DNA of 49,741 bases from an uncultured Pseudomonadales bacterium (GCA_964648275.1 CAZYOB010000005.1:1-49741), one strand, 5' to 3'; positions 16,951-26,186 are shown, numbered from the stretch's first letter. Notes: generated by a model not told the origin, from the letters alone. Program-made: numbers and translations.

Positions 16951-18514
16951 CTAGATAATTCCCTTAGAATCAATCAATAATTGTGGTTATATCAGAAGAG
17001 TGTGTTTAGTGCTAATTATTAAATTAAGTTTGATTTCATAATTTTCCAAATATCTATATAAGATGAAGTGTTTTTTGTTAGTTGTGAAAATATTGAATGG
17101 TTATTGTGAAAATATAAGCATTTTGACATGATAGTTGATCATTAATTTATACATATATTTTTAAACTATTCTTTTATCCGATAGTACTTAATTATTTATA
17201 ATCCGATTGGTAGTTGTTGATGAGAAGTTAAAAGTAACCGGTGATTTTAGTGGATATTTTTATCGGATTTTCATTTTTTGGAGATAATAATCTTTAGATA
17301 TACCGGTATAGGTTGTGGTATTTCAGTTTAAACATGACATAGGGGGTATCGGTTCTTATCATGTGCTCTCCGACCTGTTCATCTCTAGTATCTGTGGATA
17401 GGGGTAGGGGTATATATATTTTTGGTTGTTTATGCTTAACCCTAACTGAGGGTATGGTATCCGGGTAAAGTCAGGGGATAGGACAATTTTTATTCAAAAA
17501 TTGATGTCTAATTAGGTCGATTATCGATCTAGTTGGTCATGTGGAAGGTCGACATTACTAATATAAGACTAGATTTCTTGGAAGTGGGTATGTAATCTAA
17601 AATACAGATTAATGCCTATTGCCTGTAATATTAGTATTATTTACTTATAGTGATAATTATGTTATGGGCATGATTATTTACGGTGCTTTTGTGCCTAGAT
17701 TATGATTATTTTGTAGCGCTACTATAGAAATCGATCTATTTCAGATAAATCTTAGTATTTTGAAAATATTTGTAGTCATTCACCGGTGATCAAACGATTG
17801 GCTAGTAATATTTAGGTCCCGTCGATGTGTCTTAAGGGTTAATGAGATATGTCAGTTAAGTGTAATAAATATTGGCAATTTTTTTGTACAGAAGGCAGGG
17901 ATAAAAAATATAATTGTTGGCAATTTTTACTACTATTTGCGTGATTAGGGGATTACCCAGTTTATAAATTATGAGGACAAAAATAGATTTATCAGACTAT
18001 ATCAGTGATATTCGATGTATAGGATACCAATTGCGACTTTTTAACGAGGTCTTTATTTTGATCAGCGTTATCCATAAGTTTATATCTAGCATATATATAA
18101 TGATATCAAAATATCCGACATATTTATGCATATTTATTATATTTGCGTTTATTTACTGAGGGTATAATGTACTCAAAAGTATTAAAATATTTTAGTATTG
18201 TTAATGGTATTTTATATATATAGCAAATACATCTGGGCATATATATAGAATCTTTGGGAGTGATATTACCGTAAATCTTATAATACGCGCAAATTCTGCA
18301 AAAAGATGATAAAAATTTGCGTTTGAGTGAAAAAATGACCCAAAAAAGTGACTAAAACGACGGTGTTTGATCCCTAAAACATACGATAAAGCTCGCTACA
18401 CCGATTAAATGATTATAAATACCCTGTTGGCAGTCAGGCAATGTTAGTGATAGATTCGTGCGTAAAATTGGAAGTCGACTTGGCCCGAGGTAGTAAAGGG
18501 CGTAAAATTAGTCT
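16951..18514. other. 1.56-kb AT-rich region without credible coding capacity
   Basis: Only one ORF of 60 aa or more (17971..18159), and it has no SD and low complexity. Hand-sampled 60-nt lines give about 23-32% GC, against about 38-58% in sampled coding lines. Short direct repeats and two 8/9 DnaA-box-like sites are present. Confidence 0.7.
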
Positions 18515-19327
18515 ATGAGAGAGAAAGTGCTTGGTGTTAATGTAGATGTTCTTGGAAAAGAAGAAGTACTAAATATTATATTATCATGGGTCAATGACAG
18601 ATCTTCGGGGTTAAAGCATGTGGTGACGGCGTACAGTGAGTTTTTTGTTAAGGCAAAAACCGATGTTGAGTTTAAACAGGTATTGAATTCTTCCGACCTA
18701 GTGACGCCAGACGGCGTGTCCGTCTTGGCGGCTGTTAATTACGGAGGAAGGGTAAAAGGAGCCAAGACCCTACCGGGAAAGATCCTAGCTGGCTTAAAGA
18801 CCGGCATGGAGGTTATTGGTGGAAGAGTGGGAGAAACGGTTACCGGTGTATGGCTATTTGAGGCACTATGTGAAGCTGCCGGCAAGAAAGGATTAAAAAT
18901 ATTCTTATTGGGTGGCTGGGATGGGGTTGCTGGTCGAGCTGCCAGGCTGGCTCAAAAACGGTATCCGGGGATAAAGATTGAGTTTGATGAGGGAGAAAAA
19001 AGAGTGGGTACAGATCCGGAGCGAAATAGGGAGGTTGTCGAGAGGATAAACAAGTTCAGACCCGACGTCTTGTTCGTATCCTACAACCCCGTGAAGCAGG
19101 AGAAGTGGATAGCCAAACACAGAAAATCACTAAAGGTTGTTGTGGCTATTGGGGTGGGTGGGACGTACAACGAGTTCGTGGGTGACTTGCTTGGGGCACC
19201 TAAATGGATGGCCAAGAGTGGACTAAAGTGGCTGTGGAGGTTATGGTTGGAGCCTAAAAGGCTGGGGAGGATATTGAGCGCAGTTATCGTTTTTCCTTGG
19301 TTGGTTTTTAGAGAGAGTTTGGGCTGA
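18515..19327 (+). CDS. WecB/TagA/CpsF-family glycosyltransferase
   Basis: VVTAYSEFFVKAKTDVEFKQVLNSSDLVTPDGVSVLAAV, KIFLLGG and VAIGVGGTYNEFVG match the Glyco_tran_WecG pattern. Confidence 0.8.
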   Translation: MREKVLGVNVDVLGKEEVLNIILSWVNDRSSGLKHVVTAYSEFFVKAKTDVEFKQVLNSSDLVTPDGVSVLAAVNYGGRVKGAKTLPGKILAGLKTGMEVIGGRVGETVTGVWLFEALCEAAGKKGLKIFLLGGWDGVAGRAARLAQKRYPGIKIEFDEGEKRVGTDPERNREVVERINKFRPDVLFVSYNPVKQEKWIAKHRKSLKVVVAIGVGGTYNEFVGDLLGAPKWMAKSGLKWLWRLWLEPKRLGRILSAVIVFPWLVFRESLG

Positions 19328-19455
19328 ATTTGTCAACTGCCAGAGGTGGGAATATGATTGATTCATGGCAGAAATCCGATGTGGCTATCTAATAACATCG
19401 GAAGGGGTATTTTGAGGTTTCGTGCCTAAAACCGGCTCTCCGGAGTAGGTTTTTG

Positions 19456-19484
19456 TTGACTATAAGATAAAAGTGTGATATATT
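19456..19484 (+). promoter_or_regulatory. sigma70-type promoter candidate
   Basis: TTGACT, a 17-nt spacer, then TATATT with an extended TGn. It lies about 50 nt upstream of the ATG at 19534. Confidence 0.5.
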
Positions 19485-19533
19485 GCTTTTCGTACATTCA
19501 AATCCTATATCCAGTTTTTTCAAGGAGGTTATC

Positions 19534-20682
19534 ATGCGTCGACTCTTTCCAGCTCTGTCATTCTTGGTAGGTTTGGCATTGGTCTTTGCGTCTTTCTACC
19601 CTGTAAGTGCGAATGGGCTCAAAAATATCAGCGCTAAGGCTTTGGACGATCATGAATGTGACTCAACAGAGTGGCATTTTGTGATTACTCAGATAGACAA
19701 TGAAGATCATGCCCCCGGTTCAATAAACGTTTTTTGGGCCAATGGTGCTAGCGAGTCAGTCCCCCTGTGGAAATTCACAGGTGGAACAGCTCACTATGTC
19801 ACTACCAGCAACCTTGATTCGGTTGTGACAAGTGCTACAGCTCAAATCTATGAAGAGTGGAGTGGCCAATTCAATCTCAGCCACGGACCGTGCGGGTCAA
19901 TCCCGACGGCAACCCTGACTGAAGTCATTCCGACCTTGACACCAACGGAGATAATCGTCACCCTGACGGCTACACCCACAGAGGATAACCCAACGCCCAC
20001 CCCTACCGAGGTGATCGTCACCGTGACGGCCACCCCGACGGGAGAAGTGACAGTTACGGCTACTCCGGTTGGCAGTCAGACTCCTACAGCCACGGTCACT
20101 GTGTCACCAACATCTACGCCCACGGTTGAAATCACCGAGACCCCTGGGGTCACGGTAACGCCGACTGCTACTCCTGTGACTGAGGATACGCCCACCCCGA
20201 CCATTACGGTTGTGATTACGGCTACCCCAACAGGAGAGATAACTATCACGGCCACACCGACCGAACCTCCAACAGAAGTCAAGTTCTGGTGCGCTTATGC
20301 CGACTACGAAATTGTCGGTGATATTCTACGCGTCACCGGGTCAGCCAACCGAAAAACCGAGTCACTCAAAGAGGTGACTGTACAGCAGGACCATGTTGTC
20401 CTGGCTAGCGGTCAGACACGGTCGACCGGTGAGTTCACTATTGATTTGACTCAGCCATGGCCCTCTGGCCTCATTGAAGTCTACGTTGCAGGCCGGACGA
20501 GTGATGACTGCCAATTTTCGCTGAATGGTCCGAAGACGACCTCAACGCCAAAACCTCCTAAGACGGGGTTCATGGAAGCCACTGATTTGCCGAGCACGCT
20601 TCCGTTCGCAGGACTGCGTCTGCCCGGTTTCGGCCTGATGGTCTTAAGCATGGTAGCTTTCGCTTTCCTTAGGCGCAAGTAG
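19534..20682 (+). CDS. secreted surface protein with Thr/Pro-rich repeats and a C-terminal PPKTG sorting signal
   Basis: SD AAGGAGG before the ATG at 19534. Signal peptide MRRLFPALSFLVGLALVFASFYPVSANG. PPKTG (20554..20568), then a hydrophobic helix and an RRK tail, i.e. the layout of a sortase sorting signal. Confidence 0.65.
   Translation: MRRLFPALSFLVGLALVFASFYPVSANGLKNISAKALDDHECDSTEWHFVITQIDNEDHAPGSINVFWANGASESVPLWKFTGGTAHYVTTSNLDSVVTSATAQIYEEWSGQFNLSHGPCGSIPTATLTEVIPTLTPTEIIVTLTATPTEDNPTPTPTEVIVTVTATPTGEVTVTATPVGSQTPTATVTVSPTSTPTVEITETPGVTVTPTATPVTEDTPTPTITVVITATPTGEITITATPTEPPTEVKFWCAYADYEIVGDILRVTGSANRKTESLKEVTVQQDHVVLASGQTRSTGEFTIDLTQPWPSGLIEVYVAGRTSDDCQFSLNGPKTTSTPKPPKTGFMEATDLPSTLPFAGLRLPGFGLMVLSMVAFAFLRRK
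19900..20280 (+). repeat. coding low-complexity Thr/Pro repeat region
   Basis: Repeated units such as TATPTGEVTVTATP and TATPTGEITITATP. Antisense ORFs here are shadows. Confidence 0.8.
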
Positions 20683-20697
20683 GATTAGTTTAGTTTT

Positions 20698-20732
20698 GGG
20701 TGGACGGCTTAGGCCGCCCACCCAATTTTTTT
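20698..20732 (+). terminator. rho-independent terminator
   Basis: Stem GGGTGGACGGC / GCCGCCCACCC (one mismatch), followed by AATTTTTTT. Confidence 0.65.
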
Positions 20733-20748
20733 ATTTCCGGAGGTTCAA

Positions 20749-21693
20749 ATGAAAAAATCCTTAAAGCTGCTGATTTCGCTCGGATTCACTCTGTCATTGG
20801 GGCTGGCTTGGTTTACCACAGCACCGGAAGAGGCAGCTATAGGTGAGGTAGTGGTTTATGAGGCTACTACAGAAGCTGTTTTTGCAAATGCAGGAACAGA
20901 GGCTTCACCTCAGGCTACCCTTGACCTTCCGGAACCGACTATTGATCAAACGGCAACAAGTGTTCCCACAATGACTCCTACGCCAACTGAGATGCCCACG
21001 CAGACCCCACCCGCGCCCATAGTCAGTTATTCCATCCTGGGAAAGGTATACATGGGTGGAGGATTGCCGGTGGCTATGTCCATCCGGACAGTCGACGGGA
21101 AGGAGATCTCAAGCAACTGGGCCGGCGCTATCGGATACCAAGACGGGGATGATAAAGATACCGTCTTCAGCCCATACGCAGGCACAGTTTACTCTCACAT
21201 TGATAATGGTTTCTTAGCCACCTGGATACATTCAGGAAGGCTCAAAAAAGCCGACTTGTTTGCTTGGGGACTGGAGAAGTTCGTTTACATGAATGAGCTG
21301 GGAGGACCGCTGACTTTTCCCGAAGGCCAAGATATGATGTCTCAGTTGTTAGGTGCAAGGGTTACCTTGTGCCAAGCCACTGACGGTTCAGTCGAGCCGT
21401 TTGATGATTTTGACCACAACCAGCCATGCCCGGGCAACCAACTGCAGTTAAATATAACTGCAGCCGCATTGATCGAGAGAGAGAACGTAGATGCCTATGA
21501 GGCGGCCACCGGAAAAGTAATTGATTGGTTACTGGAGAACGACCAGGGATCTGGTTTTGACCAGCTCGCGTCGGGGCAGACATTATTGCTTCAGACGTGC
21601 GTTGGAAAGTATAGTGACCAGGTTTCGGACGGGACGAAGGATTATTTATATAACCGTCTGATACTAGGTTTGAGTGTTATTGAGGAGCCCTAA
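20749..21693 (+). CDS. sortase-like transpeptidase (divergent)
   Basis: SD GGAGG and an N-terminal membrane anchor. Candidate catalytic triad contexts: ATWIHSGR (His), GQTLLLQTCVG (like TLxTC) and YNRLILGL (Arg). The His-Cys spacing is longer than in SrtA. It lies immediately after a PPKTG substrate. Confidence 0.45.
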   Translation: MKKSLKLLISLGFTLSLGLAWFTTAPEEAAIGEVVVYEATTEAVFANAGTEASPQATLDLPEPTIDQTATSVPTMTPTPTEMPTQTPPAPIVSYSILGKVYMGGGLPVAMSIRTVDGKEISSNWAGAIGYQDGDDKDTVFSPYAGTVYSHIDNGFLATWIHSGRLKKADLFAWGLEKFVYMNELGGPLTFPEGQDMMSQLLGARVTLCQATDGSVEPFDDFDHNQPCPGNQLQLNITAAALIERENVDAYEAATGKVIDWLLENDQGSGFDQLASGQTLLLQTCVGKYSDQVSDGTKDYLYNRLILGLSVIEEP

Positions 21694-21710
21694 GGGGCTC
21701 CTTTTTTTTT
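21684..21710 (+). terminator. rho-independent terminator
   Basis: Stem GGAGCCC / GGGCTCC with the stop codon in the loop, followed by T9. Confidence 0.75.
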
Positions 21711-21732
21711 GACTAAAAAAGGGGAGAACTGT

Positions 21733-21906
21733 ATGATGAAATCAGGACAGATAGTGTTGGTGTGGCTTCTAATAATACTGACATTGGTTTTTTGGATAAG
21801 GACAGTCATTCTGGATTATCTCAGAGGTTTTTGGGATTCGGTAATCATTAACACTGTATGTAGAAGTCGCGAAAAATGTTATCTAATCGTTGAGATGTTG
21901 ACCTGA
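21733..21906 (+). CDS. possible small membrane protein (57 aa)
   Basis: GGGGAG lies upstream of the ATGATG start, with one TM helix (IVLVWLLIILTLVFWI). It begins right after a strong terminator, so expression is uncertain. Confidence 0.3.
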   Translation: MMKSGQIVLVWLLIILTLVFWIRTVILDYLRGFWDSVIINTVCRSREKCYLIVEMLT

Positions 21907-21943
21907 AAGTTGGGGACCCCACGAGGACGCTCTTTTCTGTGGA

Positions 21944-22192
21944 TTAGCTATTCTGGGAAGAGGGATTGATGCCAAGCATCCAGAGGACTGACTCTTTTTT
22001 GTAGCGACGATCGCCACGTGAGTTGATACGAATGGCGGGGAGTTTGCCGCGTTTGCCCCAGCGTTTAATGGTAAGGGTAGAAACACGGAGAAGTTGGGCA
22101 ACCTCGGAGACAGTGAGAAGATCGGGAAGGTTATTGAGGTCTAATTCCTTTTTAACTATTTTGTTAATTGGTGTTAGGTTTTGGTTGTCCAT
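21944..22192 (-). CDS. excisionase-family (MerR-like, HTH_17) DNA-binding protein
   Basis: LLTVSEVAQLLRVSTLTIKRWGKRGKLPAIRINSRGDRRYKKESV. Confidence 0.7.
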   Translation of the reverse strand: MDNQNLTPINKIVKKELDLNNLPDLLTVSEVAQLLRVSTLTIKRWGKRGKLPAIRINSRGDRRYKKESVLWMLGINPSSQNS

Positions 22193-22319
22193 GTCTGATA
22201 TATAAGTTATCAGTGAGGTAGTAGAGAGTCAAGGGGTAATTTCATTGCTTGAAAACCCATAGTATTGAAGGTATACTATGCGAGTACATATTCTGTTGCA
22301 CTTTCAAATAGGAGCCTAA

Positions 22320-22673
22320 ATGAAGCACATAACCTTGCTTGTATCTGCTCTGGTTGGAGCACTGATAGGCGTGGGTGGAATGGCATTGTTGTCATCCTTC
22401 CTTGAGCCGATCGGAGTTTTGCTTGTTGCCGGATTGGTCGGTGTGGTCTTGGGAGTGATCCTGATCACATCCATGCGTTTAGCGGGATTCTCGTGGGGGC
22501 TGATTGTGCTGGGATTTGTGACCATGCTGATCGTAGCCATACTAGCAGTCCTTGCGGGTAGCTTGCCTGGAGTGCTGGGAGTGTCGATGCCTTTTGTCAT
22601 CAACGTTATCGGCAATACACTGAATGTTATCAACCTAGTTTTTTTGAGAGATGTTGAAGCCCGTAAAAATTAA
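22320..22673 (+). CDS. small Gly/Val/Leu-rich membrane protein (4 TM)
   Basis: 117-aa ORF with SD AGGAG. Divergent from the HTH gene. Confidence 0.55.
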   Translation: MKHITLLVSALVGALIGVGGMALLSSFLEPIGVLLVAGLVGVVLGVILITSMRLAGFSWGLIVLGFVTMLIVAILAVLAGSLPGVLGVSMPFVINVIGNTLNVINLVFLRDVEARKN

Positions 22674-22683
22674 GGAGACACAT

Positions 22684-23322
22684 ATGCGATTTGATATCAA
22701 TAATATTAATATTAAGTCCGGTTCACCCTATTCGAAGATCGTTGATCTTCTTAACAAGGGGAACAGGTTCGTGGTGGTATTCTCACAACCTCTCTCGGTT
22801 GATGATGAAAGACATCAAACGAGGGTATTTATCGACGATCTGTTCACAGCTCGGGCCGATCTTGGGAGCGAGAATTCCCTACCGTTGTTATCCCTGATGG
22901 ACCTGTCGGGTATGGATCTGGCAATTACCGGGAACGGTGTCGACCTGGTCGATTTTGCGTCTTGGATGGCTGCCGTGTACGGAAGACAATTCTCCGGTGT
23001 GGTCGAATCAGTCTTCGGCGGTGAAGTGGTGGAAGTAGGGATCGGTCGGTTACTTGAGTCAAAGGACTCTCCCGATCTTTGGCTAATGGGTTATGGTGAT
23101 CTCTATGTTTCCCTGCTCGTTTTTGACTTTGTCGACCTCGCATACCGAGTCGTCAATACATGGGTAAGCGGCTTTGATAAAGAGATCCCCGATGACATCG
23201 ACGATGCTGTGGGCATACTTAGGGATTCACGGCTTCGAAAAATGATCGACGAATACCGAATTGCCAACAATGACCAAAGGGTCAGATTGGGAATGAGGAT
23301 GTTCTCGTATTTGAGGCAATGA
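22684..23322 (+). CDS. hypothetical acidic soluble protein (212 aa)
   Basis: SD AAGGAG 5 nt before the ATG at 22684 (the track start at 22651 overlaps the previous gene). Terminator downstream. No motif recognised. Confidence 0.6.
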   Translation: MRFDINNINIKSGSPYSKIVDLLNKGNRFVVVFSQPLSVDDERHQTRVFIDDLFTARADLGSENSLPLLSLMDLSGMDLAITGNGVDLVDFASWMAAVYGRQFSGVVESVFGGEVVEVGIGRLLESKDSPDLWLMGYGDLYVSLLVFDFVDLAYRVVNTWVSGFDKEIPDDIDDAVGILRDSRLRKMIDEYRIANNDQRVRLGMRMFSYLRQ

Positions 23323-23330
23323 ATATATCC

Positions 23331-23359
23331 GGACCCGCTTTATAAGTGGGTCCTTTTTT
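23331..23359 (+). terminator. rho-independent terminator
   Basis: Stem GGACCCGCTT / AAGTGGGTCC followed by T6. Confidence 0.7.
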
Positions 23360-23366
23360 GTGCAAC

Positions 23367-23390
23367 AAAAACCCGCCTTGCAGCGGGTTT
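23367..23390 (-). terminator. rho-independent terminator of rplL
   Basis: Stem ACCCGC / GCGGGT. T5 follows on the minus strand, 25 nt after the rplL stop. Confidence 0.7.
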
Positions 23391-23414
23391 CGTAGGTTTC
23401 AAGAGAAGTTGAAA

Positions 23415-23792
23415 TTATTTCAATTCTACTTTGGCACCAGCCTCTTCGAGTTTCTTCTTAGCGGCTTCGGCGTCCTCTTTCTTAGCACCTTCGAGAACAA
23501 CTGCGGGAGCTTTCTCTACAAGGTTCTTGGCTTCGACCAAACCTAGGTCGGTTTTGATCTCACGGACGGCCTTGATAACACCGATTTTGTTGGCACCGGC
23601 ATCAGCGATGACGACGTCAAATTCGGTCTTTTCCTCTGCGGGAGCGGCGGCTGCAGCTACGGTGGCACCGGCGACGGCGACGGGAGCGGCGGATACACCG
23701 AATTTCTCTTCGAGGGCTTTGACTAATTCAGCAACTTCCAAAACGGAGAGTTCACTGACTTGGTCGACGAGTTTTTGGACTTTGTCGGACAT
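23415..23792 (-). CDS. rplL: 50S ribosomal protein L7/L12
   Basis: Ala-rich hinge, then [57 protein letters not shown]. Confidence 0.95.
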   Translation of the reverse strand: MSDKVQKLVDQVSELSVLEVAELVKALEEKFGVSAAPVAVAGATVAAAAAPAEEKTEFDVVIADAGANKIGVIKAVREIKTDLGLVEAKNLVEKAPAVVLEGAKKEDAEAAKKKLEEAGAKVELK

Positions 23793-23823
23793 GTTTTTTT
23801 ATTTATTAATTACTAATTAGCTA

Positions 23824-24351
23824 TTAAGCGGATAATTTGTTCCTGAGGGCATCCAGACCGTAGACGAGATTTTGGATGGGAGCACTGAGCTGTCTGACCA
23901 GAGCTTGGGCGGGAGCTTGGAGTTGAGCCAAGAGACTGGAGAGGAGCTGCTCGCGGCTGGGGAGCTTGGATAGAGAGGTGATCTCGACCGGGGTGATGGC
24001 TTTGCCATCCATGATGCCGGATTTGATCTTAAGCTTGTCATGATCATCGGCAAAGTTCATGACGACCTTGGCACCGGCAACTGCGTCTTTTTTGGAGAAG
24101 AGGACTGCTGTAGGGCCATTGAGGAAGCTGTCAAGGGTATCGACGAGGTCGGCATTGGTCTCTTTAAGAGCTAGGCGGAGGAGGTTGTTTTTGGTGACTA
24201 CAAAGACGGCATCGTTCTTGGAAGCTTCATTCCTGAGCTGGTTTTGTTCCGAAACGGAGAGACCGGCGTATTCGGTAAGGATGACGGCTTTAGAGTCGGA
24301 GAGACCTTTGATGAGTTCGGCCAGTTGATGTATATTTTTTTGGTTTGGCAT
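23824..24351 (-). CDS. rplJ: 50S ribosomal protein L10
   Basis: MPNQKNIHQLAELIKGLSDSKAVILTEYAGLSVSEQNQLRNE... It lies directly upstream of rplL. Confidence 0.9.
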   Translation of the reverse strand: MPNQKNIHQLAELIKGLSDSKAVILTEYAGLSVSEQNQLRNEASKNDAVFVVTKNNLLRLALKETNADLVDTLDSFLNGPTAVLFSKKDAVAGAKVVMNFADDHDKLKIKSGIMDGKAITPVEITSLSKLPSREQLLSSLLAQLQAPAQALVRQLSAPIQNLVYGLDALRNKLSA

Positions 24352-24470
24352 CTGGATTTGATTAGTTTATATTTTTTACCCAATAAAAAGGCGCGTATCC
24401 AAGACGTGCCTATTAGGGTGTTCTACTCGGGGCTTAGTGATCGCCCGAGGTCTTGGAACAAGTGTTATTC
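24352..24470 (-). promoter_or_regulatory. rplJ 5' leader (possible L10-type autoregulatory leader)
   Basis: Untranslated region of more than 100 nt with a hairpin CTCGGG / CCCGAG at 24426..24449. The assignment rests on position only. Confidence 0.25.
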
Positions 24471-24510
24471 TAACACGGGAGGGGGTAATTGCAAGTCTTA
24501 GGATTGCGAA

Positions 24511-24540
24511 TTGACATAATAAGTGCAAATGGAATAAAAT
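24511..24540 (+). promoter_or_regulatory. sigma70-type promoter candidate
   Basis: TTGACA, an 18-nt spacer, then TAAAAT. It lies about 85 nt upstream of the ATG at 24624. Confidence 0.5.
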
Positions 24541-24623
24541 ATGGGGTGTGAACAGGCAATGCCTGTTGAACCTTAAAAAGCTCTAAGTTTTAATCTAAAA
24601 TTTTCCTTTGAGTGGAGGTTACT

Positions 24624-26129
24624 ATGAAGAATGGTGATAAGTTTGGAGAATGGGCCGCTGGCCAGGGTGTTTCGGATCAACACAAGACGCTTCTTTTGAA
24701 TGCGCTTGGGAAGATCCCCCCGGATCAAGCCGATGCTTTAATTGATGAGATTTCAAGTCAGAATTTGCCGATGAAGGATGCACTGCCCAGAATCATGCGG
24801 GCAGCTCTGCCCAGTGCTGCAAAAGTCCAACAGGCCCCTCAGTTCGAACCCGCTCCTCACGAGAAACCAGTGATTGCTAAGGTTGAAGAGAAAAAGAAGG
24901 GGTTTCCCGGTTTGAGCGTGTTTTCCGGCGGTGGTAAAAAGCCTGCCCCTGCTTCCAAGCAGGGCGGTGGTAAAAAGCCCGGCGGAAAAATGATCTTGAT
25001 TGGTGTAGCTGTTGTGGTCATCTTGGCCCTCGCGTTCGTGATGGTGCCCAAACTTATGGGTGGTGGCGAGGTTGAGGGTAACGAAGCCTATCCGGCGATG
25101 GAAGGTTACTTTGTTCAAGGTGAACCAGCACTGCCTACAGAGATAGTTCCCAGTGCGGTGCCGGATCAAGGATTGACTGGATTGTCCGCTGAGGATAAGA
25201 GCGAATGGGCCGCCAGTGTGCTTAAGAGCACTCTGGGCGATCCGGCGCTCAATCGTCCGGTCAGTTGGTCAGCTGCTTTTTCGAATTTCCCCTGGCTTTG
25301 GTTGGTTTATATCCTGGGAGCCCCCGTCCTACTCTTCATGGTTTATCGTGATCGGAGTCAGGCACAGGAACTATCAGATATCAAGCTTGCCAATAGGGGA
25401 TTCTGGTTCATGTTCCTGGCTACCGTACTGAGTGAATTCATCGCGAAGATCTTCATCGCTCAAGGAATGAACCCCACGTCATCTGTTTTCACTGTGTTGG
25501 CGATCGGCGCTATTGGTGCCGTCATCTTCCAGTGGTCGGCGGTGACGTCAGGGAAACGTGATTACAGCGTTTTGGCGGTTGGCGTATTCTCCACCGGCTT
25601 GTTGATCAAGTGGTGGTTGTCCGCTAATGCCACGCTGGCTGCTGTGGCGATGGTCTTGATGGTGGTTGGAATGTTCCTTCTGCTGATCGAGATTCGCAGG
25701 AATGCGAACGAAGCCGAGTCTGATACGGTGATGGTGAAGTCCTTGTTGGGGACTCTGTTGATGGCTATAGTTTTTGTAGCTGTCTTCGGATTTATCTTTA
25801 TCACTATCGATCGCGCTGTCGGTAATATGCCCATTCCTGTTGACATCGAGGGACAAGCAAGGATAGCTACACAGGTAGCCCTTTATACCAAAGGCCAAAT
25901 GCCGATTTCGCTCGTACTGGGCGCATTCGCCGCTTTAGGTGCAGGTCTGGTCTGGGGTGCTATAGCACTTCGACCGGCCAACTCCAAGAGCACCGGCAAA
26001 ATGGTCGATGGCAACATCCTTGGTCTGATCTCACTAGACGCCGATATGATGGCGCTTTTTGTGATGATCCTCTGGTTCCTCATGCCGTGGATGAGCTTGC
26101 TTCCAACGTTGCTGCGTCTATTTATTTAA
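24624..26129 (+). CDS. polytopic (~9 TM) membrane protein with a Lys/Gly/Pro-rich cytoplasmic N-terminus, unknown function
   Basis: SD GGAGG 5 nt before the ATG at 24624. First TM helix MILIGVAVVVILALAFVMVP, an ~85-aa loop, then 8 more hydrophobic helices. No motif recognised. Confidence 0.65.
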   Translation: MKNGDKFGEWAAGQGVSDQHKTLLLNALGKIPPDQADALIDEISSQNLPMKDALPRIMRAALPSAAKVQQAPQFEPAPHEKPVIAKVEEKKKGFPGLSVFSGGGKKPAPASKQGGGKKPGGKMILIGVAVVVILALAFVMVPKLMGGGEVEGNEAYPAMEGYFVQGEPALPTEIVPSAVPDQGLTGLSAEDKSEWAASVLKSTLGDPALNRPVSWSAAFSNFPWLWLVYILGAPVLLFMVYRDRSQAQELSDIKLANRGFWFMFLATVLSEFIAKIFIAQGMNPTSSVFTVLAIGAIGAVIFQWSAVTSGKRDYSVLAVGVFSTGLLIKWWLSANATLAAVAMVLMVVGMFLLLIEIRRNANEAESDTVMVKSLLGTLLMAIVFVAVFGFIFITIDRAVGNMPIPVDIEGQARIATQVALYTKGQMPISLVLGAFAALGAGLVWGAIALRPANSKSTGKMVDGNILGLISLDADMMALFVMILWFLMPWMSLLPTLLRLFI

Positions 26130-26147
26130 ATGCTTAGAACTACTTTA

Positions 26148-26180
26148 CCGTAGTGGAGTAACCCTCCACTACGGGATTTG
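26148..26180 (+). terminator. rho-independent terminator (11-bp stem)
   Basis: Stem CCGTAGTGGAG / CTCCACTACGG. The U-tract is weak (GATTTGTT). Confidence 0.6.
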
Positions 26181-26186
26181 TTCAAG

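Noticed and set aside
17971-18159. 62-aa ORF inside the AT-rich region.
   Set aside because: It has no SD and an Ile/Phe/Tyr-rich composition expected from random AT-rich sequence. It is the only ORF of that size in 1.56 kb.
16951-18514. A confident oriC call.
   Set aside because: Only two 8/9 DnaA-box-like sites are present, there is no adjacent dnaA/dnaN, and there is no visible switch in gene orientation. It is kept as a hypothesis in the findings, not as a feature.
19900-20280. Possible CRISPR-like or tandem DNA repeat array.
   Set aside because: The periodicity is imperfect and lies in frame within a Thr/Pro-rich coding region. There are no constant-length repeats with unique spacers and no cas genes. 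I saw no CRISPR array anywhere in the window.
23431-23820. 129-aa ORF antisense to rplL. Similar long antisense ORFs lie opposite rplJ, rplA, nusG, the Thr/Pro-rich genes and the fibre gene (for example 24059..24328, 32659..33009, 35601..36080, 46364..46876 and 46937..47485).
   Set aside because: These are shadow frames of confidently identified or strongly biased sense genes. They have low-complexity Ala/Ser/Pro/Thr/Val composition and no SD.
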